From Octopus vulgaris (taxonomy: Eukaryota): a stretch of 64,000 bases of DNA. The notes under the pieces were generated by a model. That model saw only the letters and a program-made list of their open reading frames with translations. It did not search any database and was not told where the DNA came from. Within the stretch, counting starts at the first letter, position 1. Every line of letters starts with the position of its first letter. Shown here piece after piece: positions 52,786 to 64,000 of the stretch. The stretch is taken from positions 120,652,001 to 120,716,000 of the forward strand of contig OX597816.1 in NCBI GenBank assembly GCA_951406725.2, in the 5' to 3' direction. The position numbers and the translations under genes were made by a program.

Positions 52786-52820
52786 GCAATATATATATAT
52801 ATATATCGTTTTATATATAC

Positions 52821-54130
<1,310 letters not shown>

Positions 54131-54622
54131 TGAGAGAGCAGTGCATGCCATCAATTTACCGGGGTAAAATATACGAACCCCAGTATACCAATCATGACTA
54201 CTCGTCTGAGAAGGTACACCAGGCACGTGCATTACAACCACATGTGCTCGATATTGTGATCTCAAAATGTCCCTAAATAAGGGTTGTTTAAAGATGTTGA
54301 ACGAAACACCCATATTTCCAAAGGTGAATTATCCAAACGCTAAAGAATTACTTTCAACACATGGCCATAATGCTTCCTCACTTCTGCTCGTGATCAGAGG
54401 TGCACATATCGTCAGTCACCAAGGGACATGCTCAACTAGTTGAGGTCAAGCAACTGATAAGTAAATCTGTGGTATTGAGCAGAATATTTGCTGTAGCCCA
54501 TCTTTTATACCAAGATAAAACAATGTATGTATTAACACTTCCAATTAGTTAAGATCAGAAGCCATGAGAGCCACTATTTGATATTGCATTTATTATTATT
54601 ATTATTATTATTATTACTACAA

Positions 54623-54650
54623 CTAGCAGAAAAACCGCCCGGAGGGCGGA
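54623..54650 (-). mobile_element. Helitron 3' terminus (5' end not located, possibly near 55300)
   Basis: Minus strand ccgccc-tcc-gggcgg hairpin, 8 nt, then CTAG followed by T. Confidence 0.6.
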
Positions 54651-55503
54651 TTTATGCCAGCATATGTGTTGCGCATATTGATATTATATATATACATATA
54701 GATATGATACATAAATTATAGAGTAAATTGAAAACATGCTCTTGAATTGAACAAAGACTGTTAGAGTTTATTCTGTAATCAGTAAAATAATCCATGATAC
54801 ACTTAAAAAAGACGATAATGAAAATTGAAAAGAAGATGAGACTGTCAAGGGAAAATGTTCATGAACCTTCACTTGAGTGAAATTGAAAATAGATGCTCTG
54901 GTGGGAATTAATAAATTACATTTTCCAGTATGAAGATTTTGAGTTTACTATATTGTTGTTTCATTATATTCACTTTTAGACGTCTGAAGTATTTCTAGTG
55001 TCCCTTTCCTAGCTATTAAAAAGAAATTTAAATACATTTCAATTAAAAGAGAGTAATGAATGTCTCACATCACTGTAGAATTTTTTTGCGGACACAGCTG
55101 TCAACAGATGGACCCTTTTTATTTATCGCGGTTAATATTTTAATATTTTCTTATCTTGACGCTCTTGATAATGCAACATACATCTGACCATGTGCGAAGA
55201 ATTCTGCTGGGAGATGATATTATTGATTAAATAATTTCAAGGTGGTATCCCAGTATGACTGCAGTCTAACACAATTTGAAAACTTAATTCTGTTAGATAG
55301 GGATTCTTGTTTTTACACTAAGTAATATTTTAAAAAATAATTTACTCCTTTTGTTGTTTTTTGCTTTGTTTTATTACATTTTTTACGAACGCAAAGAAAA
55401 GCTATTTCTTTACATATGGAATTCAAACGGAAGTTGACATTTAAAAGAGAAGCGAATCTTGTAATATTAAGCATTGTTATTTATGTTTAATATACAAATA
55501 AAC

Positions 55504-55572
55504 TTTATAGTTTAAAAAATGTTTAATATTCATTTATAGTTTAAAAAATGTTTAATATTCATTTATAGTTTC
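55504..55572. repeat. 29-bp tandem duplication (about 2.3 copies)
   Basis: tttatagtttaaaaaatgtttaatattca repeated. Confidence 0.9.
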
Positions 55573-55668
55573 TTCAAAGTAATAAGACTTTTTTTTTTAA
55601 TAACGTGGAGAGAAAAAATAAACTGGACTCAGTCCAGCACTTCTTCAATTATTATAATATAGATTATG

Positions 55669-56082
55669 AAGGTGGTGATCTGACAGAATCGTTAGCACGC
55701 CAGACAAAATGCTTATCAGCATTTCGTCTGTCTTTACGTTCTGAGTTGAAACTTTCGAGATCGATAAAATAAGTATCAGTTGAGCACTGGTGTTGATGTA
55801 ATCGACTAGCTTCCTCCAATAATATTTCAAGTCTTGTGCCTATAAGAGAAAGGATTATTATTACGATAAAAAAAGGTTCGAGTTGGAAGAATCTTTAGAA
55901 AGTGGAAAAAGTGATTTGCGGTATTTGTTCCGACACTTTACATTCTAGGTTCAAATTCTGCCGAGTTCAACTTTGCCTTTCATCCTTTCGGAGTCGATAA
56001 AATAGGTACCAGTTGGGTCCTGTAGTTGTGGTAACTGACTTACCCTCTCCCCCAAAATTACTGGCCTTGTACCAAAATTTGA

Positions 56083-56154
<72 letters not shown>

Positions 56155-56170
56155 CACTATTATTATTATC

Positions 56171-56235
<65 letters not shown>

Positions 56236-56660
56236 GAAAAATGGTAAGGCGGCGAGCTGGTAAAACCATCAACATGCCGGGCAAAATGATTAGAAGCATT
56301 TGTCTGTCTTCTTGTTCTAAGTTCAAATTTTACCAAGGTCGACTTTAGGGGTCAATAAAGTAAGTTCTGCTCTGGGACTGATGTAATCGACTTACCCCCT
56401 CCCCAAACTTGCTGGCCTTGTGCCAAAATTTTAAATCATTAATATGAAAGATGGCAAGTTTGAAGAACCGTTAACAAGTCAGAAAAATACTTGGCAGTAT
56501 TTCTTCTGGCTCTATACGTTCCGAGTTCAAATCCCGTCGAGACCAACTTTACTTTTTATCTTCCCGTAGTCAATAAAATAAAGTACCAGTTGAACACAGG
56601 GGTCGATGCAATCGTCTAACCCTACCCCGAGTTGCTGGCCTTGCGCCGAAAATTGAAACA
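55669..56660 (+). mobile_element. Four tandem same-orientation Nin-domain-type SINEs with (TTA)n spacers
   Basis: Copies at ~55669-55860, 55873-56087, 56246-56435 and 56448-56660. Confidence 0.85.
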
Positions 56661-57181
56661 TTATTATTTGAAAATATCCTATGTATGATAAATGTTTCCT
56701 CGTTCAATATTATTCCTTGGAAATATGAAATTATCGATTTGTTTGAAGCTTTTTTTTACACTCCAAGAAAAAGAAGGAAGTGAGAAGAAAGCATTTAGAA
56801 AAAGGATGACGTGAGCTGAAATGTCTGAAGACAGAAAGGATAATCCTAAAAAAAAGGACAAAAAAGAGAGAAAAATAGAAAGCAGAATCTAGAGAAGTAA
56901 AGGAGAATTAAAGAATGATATGTGACAAATACGAGAGATAGCGTTGCACTTGGTTAAACTTCATAAATTCAGCTGAAGGGTTGCAGGTAAACACATATAA
57001 AGCAAAAAATATTTCGATTCTTCAATCTGTTTTATTTTAATGATGGCGAGAAAATCTATTCCGTGTTCAGCTACATAGTAGTAATAATGATTAAAATTCA
57101 AACGTAGTATTATTGTATTTAATCTATTTATCGTTATTTCGTAGTTAATAAAGATCATAAAATTCCAATCACATAAATTAC

Positions 57182-57220
<39 letters not shown>

Positions 57221-57711
57221 ATACACACATATATATCTATATACATCTATGTACATATATGCACACACACACGTACATACATACATACACACATACATAC
57301 ATACATACATACATACATACATACATACATACATACATACATACATACATACATACATACATAACTGTAGATTCATACTCAATCTATTTGTATATTTCCT
57401 AGTTAATAAATATCATCGAATTCTTGTCATAAATTTCGAAATTTATTTGTTTGTTTTTTTGTTTTGTTTTTTTTCGATATTTATGAAATGCGAAATAGAT
57501 TAAATACGATTCTAGAGCTGAATCTTAATTATTAAGGCCACAATGTTACTGAAAATAAAATAGATTTTCTGTTGCTTACTAAAACAAAACTAGTGGTTCA
57601 ATCTCGATGATGCTTGCAGAAAGTGAGAGTGCCAATTACCTTTTATCATAATAATTAGCTCAATGGAATGTTAATTTGCGAGCGCAATGGTGTTCATCTG
57701 TCTCACCTTAA

Positions 57712-58101
57712 TCTATATATATAAAGCTGAAGTTGTCTGTGAATGGCAGGTTTGGTAGCCTTCAACTAACACTATCTCCTCCGAGACCCTGCGGCGCAAC
57801 TTGACCAAAATTGAGAGTATGATAGAAGAAGGCTTGCTCTTCATTCCCTAGAAGCTAAAATTCAAATCGAACCATGTTAACACCAAAAATTATTTACATC
57901 AAAAAGGTGCTTTTTTTCTATGAAAATCCCTATTTCTTACAACTTTTTGACTGCTGTGTCGCCATTTTTCGGTGTATTTCAACCAGAAAAATGTTCACTT
58001 AAAGAGAATAACAAGCTACATGATGCAAAATTTTTACTTTTCAAAAATTCTAATTCTAAAGGGTCGAAACAAATCTGAGCAACGCCGGACGATACTGCTA
58101 G
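57712..58101 (+). mobile_element. Complete non-autonomous Helitron (390 bp)
   Basis: Inserted between A and T; starts TCTATATATATAAAG and ends with the imperfect hairpin tctgagcaacgccgga followed by cgatactgCTAG. Confidence 0.88.
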
Positions 58102-58311
58102 TAAATGATACATACATATATAACACAAACACCATGGATTAGAAATGCAATCTAGAATTAAGAGAAAAAACTTGAATGCGAAGAATTTTTCCATAATCAT
58201 TTTGATTCATGTTTAAAGGTATTTTCTTAAAATAAATATATGTATTTCATTTCAAATGTATTGAGTTCTTTTTTAAAATGAATTGTGCATTACTTAATCA
58301 TACACCTATAC

Positions 58312-58752
58312 CTTTTACCTTTTACTTGTTTCAGCGGTCATGCTGGAGCATCACCTTGAAGAGCTTTTTGTCGAATGAATCGGCGCGGTACGTTTTTTAC
58401 GCTTGATACTTATAATATAAGTATCTTTTACCGAACCGCTAAGTTGCGGTGGCGTAAACACACCAACATCGGTCGTCAAGTGGTGGGTGGGTGGATGTAC
58501 AGAGACACACATAAATATATAAATAAGAGGTGCGATCTATGTGGCTGTCTTTTCAGAACATTGTCTGGTATAAAAAGCCGCATCAACCGCCATGATGGTG
58601 CTAAAGTGTAGGTACAGGAGGTGATCAAACTCTGTATAAGGAGTAGACAACCACCATATATATATATATACCGGAGTAAACACATAAATGTGAAACAAGG
58701 TGGAAAAAAGAGTACTCAAATACCAGTGGTGGAGTAATATGCTTTAAATAAA

Positions 58753-58825
<73 letters not shown>

Positions 58826-58993
58826 ATATTTACCAGAGGCGTCTTTCAGTTTCCATCAATCAAATCCGAGAACAAGGCTTTCGTCGGCCTGAGGCTATAA
58901 TAGTAGGCACCTGCCCAAGGTGCCACGTAGTGGGACTGAAACCAGAACCATGTGATTGGGAAGCAAACTTCTTACCACACAACCACACCTGCG
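58312..58993 (-). mobile_element. CORE-like SINE split by nested insertions in its internal microsatellite
   Basis: Tail at 58312-58525, head at 58838-58993. Confidence 0.8.
58526..58656 (+). mobile_element. RTE-like LINE extreme 3' end
   Basis: CDLCGCLFRTLSGIKSRINRH (degenerate C2H2 finger typical of RTE C-termini), stop, short UTR, (TA)n tail. Confidence 0.6.
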
Positions 58994-59404
58994 TCAAATG
59001 ATTCGGTATTCCTTATATGCATGCATGCATGCATGCATGTATGTATGTATGTATGTATGTATGTATGTATGTATGTATGTATGTATGTATGTATGTATAT
59101 ATGTATGCATGTATGTATGTATTCATGTATGCGTATATGTGTGTATGCTTGCATGTATGTATGCATGTTTGTATGTGTGTATGCATGTATGTATGCGGTG
59201 TGTATATATATGTATGCGTGTGTATGTGTGTGTTTGTTTGTGCATGTATATATGTGTGCGTGTGTGTGTATGAATGAATGTGTATATGTATGTATGCATG
59301 CATGCAAGCATGTATTTATGTAAGTATGTATGTATGTATGTATGTATGTATGTATGTATATGTGTGTGTATGTATGTATAAACGTGAACAAGTAGTCTTT
59401 CACT

Positions 59405-59773
59405 CTGTAATAATCCCTTTTGCTGTACATTCAAGGCCTGAAATTTTGTGGAGAAAGGGCTTGTCGATTACATCGATCCCAGTGCTCAACTGGTACATCT
59501 TTTATCGACCCCGAAAGAATGGAAGTCATAGCCAACCTCGGAGTATGAGATTTTTCATATTGCTTTCAAATTTTGGCACAAAGTCAGCAGTTTCGGGAAG
59601 GGGTTAAATCAATTACATGTACCCCAGGACTCAACTGGTACTTATTTTATCGACCCCGAAAGGATGAAAGGCAAAGTCGACCTCGGAGGAATTTGAATTC
59701 AGAACGTGAAGACGGACAAAATGCCGCTAAGAATTTTTGCCAGGCGTGGTGACGATTCAGTCAGCTCGCCGCT
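59405..59773 (-). mobile_element. Two tandem Nin-domain-type SINEs
   Basis: atcgaccccgaaag occurs twice; ends cagctcgccgc. Confidence 0.85.
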
Positions 59774-60023
59774 TTAAAAAGGAAATATAAACGAGACGGG
59801 AATTGAACTCAGAGCTACAATAAAAACCTGGACGCTCAAGCAACTCTGCCAATTCATCACCTCATTAGTTCTTTCATATTACAGTTCACTACGATCTCCA
59901 AAACAAAATTTATCTATCCATATAATTATATACATATTGTGTTCCCAAAAGATGTGTGCATACTTTAACAATAGATAACTCAATATTCAGGTCTTTTATG
60001 ATTTAAACGATTAGAAATAATAA

Positions 60024-60232
60024 TGAAGGGAGGCAGACTAAATATTGAACAAAGAAAATATTTTTTTCTAAAGTTTGAAAACGCAGCCGAGGTGCAAAAA
60101 CAGTTTAGGAGGTAGTTTCAAACAGATCCACCTATGCGACTTACCAACACACGAGTTACAGATAAGGTTGAAATAGATGGAACTATTGAGAATCTCTATA
60201 AGACACGTTTCAGAAAACTGCGAGTAATGATA
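60024..60232 (+). pseudogene. Tc1/mariner (DUF4817-type HTH) transposase N-terminal fragment
   Basis: RLNIEQRK...FENAAEVQKQFRR*FQTDPPMRLTNTRVTDKVEIDGTIEN. Confidence 0.7.
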
Positions 60233-60327
60233 TTAGCGTATTGCTTGAGTTCAAGAAAATATGTGTTGCAAGAAAGTCGTGAGATCGAAATGTCATACAC
60301 ACATTTGTCTATACAAATATTTGTGTA

Positions 60328-60393
<66 letters not shown>

Positions 60394-60967
60394 TGTGCAT
60401 GTGTACGTGTTGGGAGTGCACGCGTGACAATTAATAAATTGAATTCTGCAGTTATTCTTTATCGGGGCTTCTCAAAAATAAATATCGTGAATAAGATAAT
60501 TTATATAATTAAAAGATGACATTCATAAATATTAATTACATAAAAAAAAACATTTTTTGGGTTTCCTTTTCTTTTCTTTTCTTTTCGTCTTTTCCTTTTC
60601 TTTTTCTTTCTGTTTTTTTTTCTTTTTACAACTCGCGTGTATTTGTCGATTTATCTAAATGTAACATTGCTTCTCTCTGTTTGAATGATTAAAGCAAAAT
60701 CGAACTTCAGACTGGTGATCGACGTGTATGAAATATTATGCTTAAGATATTATTTGCTATGTGGTGAAGGTCGTAGAGTAGATATGAATTCTCCTTGTGG
60801 ACGGAATTCAGAAAGTTGCTTTGATTCACGACTATCGATATTTGACGTCACTGATATTGCATGAATGTCACTCAGGAAGACAATTATTATATCATATATT
60901 TCACTTCTAAACCGTTTGCTTCGTGTTTTAGTTTACAACACATACATACGTTTATCAATTCATTTTG

Positions 60968-61149
60968 AAAGATTCCTGATGTGAAATCGAGTGTTGAAAC
61001 AGATATTGTTATATTTCGGGACGGTCATTTTTTGCCAAATAAACACGCACTATAAATATATTTTTTCACAGGTTTATTACTGTTCTTAAAAAATATATGG
61101 TGCGTGTGTTTATTTGGGAAAAAAACAATAATCCCGAAATACAACAATA
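60968..61149. repeat. Foldback related to 14341-14645
   Basis: gtgttgaaacagatattgttatatttcgg ... cccgaaatacaacaata. Confidence 0.8.
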
Positions 61150-61169
61150 CATACATATATATCTACATC

Positions 61170-64000
61170 CATGATACACACGAGAGAACCCCCTCCACGT
61201 TAACGCAATTAATTAAAAACCGTGTTATGGAATGAGAAACTCAAAGCCAGAAAAGTTTCTTTCTGGAATATGATTAAAAACAACTACAAGGCAGAAATTT
61301 ATGAATGCTGGTTAAATTCAACTCCAATAATCTTACTTCATAAATTTCAAATTAAACTAATACCAAACGAACAGGACCAACAAAGACAATTAAGGGAGAA
61401 ACTAGTTTTGGAAAAAATGAAGACGGAAATCGAACTCCTTAAACTCAGAGCGTTAAGTAATGAACAAAAATTTAAAAGCATAGATGAGAAAATATATACC
61501 GAATTAAGGAAACATCCAGATGGTCAACGCTTGAAGAAAGTTTTCAAACTGTGGAAAACATGTGAAACTGAAGAAACCAATTCCCTACAACGCTGGGTAA
61601 GGCAAGTTAATTTTTTCCATAACTACGAAACACAGTTCAACATAGAAAACATATCGGATAACCCTCTCTTGAAGGAAAAGAAACCAAAAACCTACACAGA
61701 AATGCCCTCGCATTTATCAAACTCAAACCACAGACAATCTAGAGGACACATCTCCACCGACTTAACCTCACCTCAACCCAAAAATAAATTTCAAACAACA
61801 AATAGGAATTCTGCTCGTAATAGAAAATCAGGACGTAATTTTCAAGGGCCCCTACATACAAATCAAAAGATCCATCCAAGCCCCCAGACTAACTTAAACT
61901 TTCGGGAATCTATCCCCCATCATCTTACAGACAATGGAAAAATTTGCCTCAGAGACTTAACCCTCAACATGGATACTTCAAGCATTCAACTAGACACAAC
62001 CTAACTAGACAATATAACTTCTCCCTCCACCAACATTACAAAATAAATTTAACCCAAACTACATCAACCATAGACAATATAACAACCCTCAGTACATCCA
62101 TAATCTAGTCCACTACACATTCACTCCACCACAAACATACTACCACAGACACACTTTATACCCATTTTCTCCTCACCAAACCAAACACAATACAGACTTC
62201 CCACAACAATCCACCTACTACAACCATTTTTTAGACCTAAATCAAAGAAACAGAGATGTGAAATGGAACAAAATGTACAAGAACAACCGAAAATAATCAA
62301 CTTATCAAAGAAAATCCTAAGTACTACACAAACTAAAATTTTAGCGAATGGCTTAAAGTTTACACCAACCCCTTGCAGATCGAACTCGAATGAAATCAAG
62401 GATAACACTATGGATTTTTACTGAAAATTGCACCTCACAGAAGCACTGCACAACTACACCAGCTTAGATGACTCAATAGTAAAAAACAAAAGTGAATACT
62501 GTTCTACAAAAAGGCAGAAATAAAGTACTTAATGGTTTTTGTGAGCACATTACCAATTTTCCTTTCAATACCCTACAAAAACAACGAATCAAATCCAGCC
62601 TTAACACAAATGAAAGGAAAAACCTAATCGAATTAAAAAATAATGTAAACCTGACCATAAAAGAAGCTGATAAAATAAGTGCGGTAGTAGTGATATAAAA
62701 ATTTAATACTCTCCATGTTGGAAAACAATATTTACTATGAGAAGATAGTACAATAAAACCCACAGAAGACACTTAAAAACTTATCCTCCTTACTTCAAAT
62801 ACATGGAAAGGGCCTCACAAAAAAAAAAGAAATTGACTATTTATCCAATTTCAAATACAGACCAAATCTATTCTACGGATTACCTAAAATACACAAAAAT
62901 CCACATATTTGTAAAGCTTGCACAGATTCTCCAAGCCTATGCATTAATGTTCCTCCTCCTACTGACCTCAAACTAAAACCCATCATTGCTGGCCCTGATT
63001 GTGAAACTCACCGTGTGAGCAATTTCCTCGACATCTTACTCAAACTATTTCTAAAATATGTGAAAAGCTTCATCAAGCTTCATGCTGAACCACCTCCCGA
63101 AGACAATAAATTGAAGGAACCCTGTTAGTATCATTTGATGTGGTGAACTTGTACACCAATATCCCACACGATTATGGTATAGAAGCAATCACCTTCTAAC
63201 TAGAAAAATACCCAGAAGAGATCCCAGGACGCATCAACTACAGATTCATAATTGCAACACTGAAACTCATCCTACTGAACAACTATTTCATGTTCAATAC
63301 AGTTTACTATCGAAATATTATAGAATTTCAATGGGAACTCGAGCTGCCCCAGTTATAACGAACTTTGTAATGGGATACCTAGAACTTAAAATATACCAAC
63401 CATCACTACAAAAATAAGGCACTTCATTTCATTGCTATTTAAAGGAGAACTGGAAGAGGTATTTAGATGATTGCTTTATACTTTGGAAAGATAGCATGGA
63501 CGAACTCCTCGATTTCAAAATAATGCTCAACAATATAAATAGCAACATACAATTGAACATAGCAATAAACAACTTCCTTTTCTTGACATTCTAATTAAAA
63601 TAGTTAATAACTACATCGAAATAGACATCTATAAACCCACAGATTCAAAACAATACCTATTATTCAACTCATGCCACCCCAAGCACGTAAAAGTTTATAT
63701 ACTTTATAATCTAGTGAAAAGAATCTATACCATAGTTTCGGACACCAATACTTGTGAAAGAAGACTCCTTGAACTCAGATCAACACTAATCAAGAGACAT
63801 TACCCGACATCATTAATAAATGATGGGATTAAACGAGCAAAGTAAATAGACATGCGAACATTAAGGGAAGTCAACTGAAATACTACACCAGACTTATAAA
63901 TACATCTCCACACACAACCCTAGAAACAGTGAGGCCTTCAACATTACCATCCAAAAATCTACCCATTCTAACAGAAGATAAAACAATGAACAAAATTTTA
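61170..64000 (+). mobile_element. Degenerate Penelope-like retroelement: N-terminal ORF region (61222-62004) and disrupted RT; runs off the window
   Basis: IINLS...GLKFTPTP, IKEADK..AVV, FYGLPKIHK, KPII, SFDVVNLYTNIP, MGTRAAP, WKRYLDDCF, LPFLDI, YKPTDSKQYL.FNSCHP; multiple stops and frameshifts. Confidence 0.95.

Overview
AT-rich eukaryotic DNA, dense in microsatellites and transposons. The SINE repertoire (Nin-domain, CORE-like and Meta-like tRNA SINEs) resembles what I recall from octopus/coleoid genomes; this is an inference, not a database match. The only credible host gene is an intronless class A (rhodopsin-like) peptide-type GPCR at 4491-5483, preceded by a splice acceptor and four uORFs. 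The rest is decayed mobile DNA: two mariners, a DUF4817-type Tc1/mariner fragment, two hAT transposase relics, two pogo/Tigger-like MITEs, Helitrons, Penelope-like RT and GIY-YIG pieces, RTE pieces, restriction-like-endonuclease (RLE) LINE pieces, a zinc-knuckle ORF1-only retroelement, dozens of SINE copies and long simple repeats. Most ORFs in the supplied track are microsatellite or SINE artefacts. The most unusual signals are (i) several short foldback palindromes, most in or beside microsatellites, whose apex or arm start coincides with the 3' half of a hammerhead ribozyme, plus further free hammerhead relics; (ii) a long-TIR element with a telomeric TTAGGG/TTTTAGGG core; (iii) an RLE LINE embedded in a (CATA)n array; (iv) a HAL1-like ORF1-only element. 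All calls were made by eye; boundaries of degenerate elements are approximate and I cannot confirm that anything here is undescribed.
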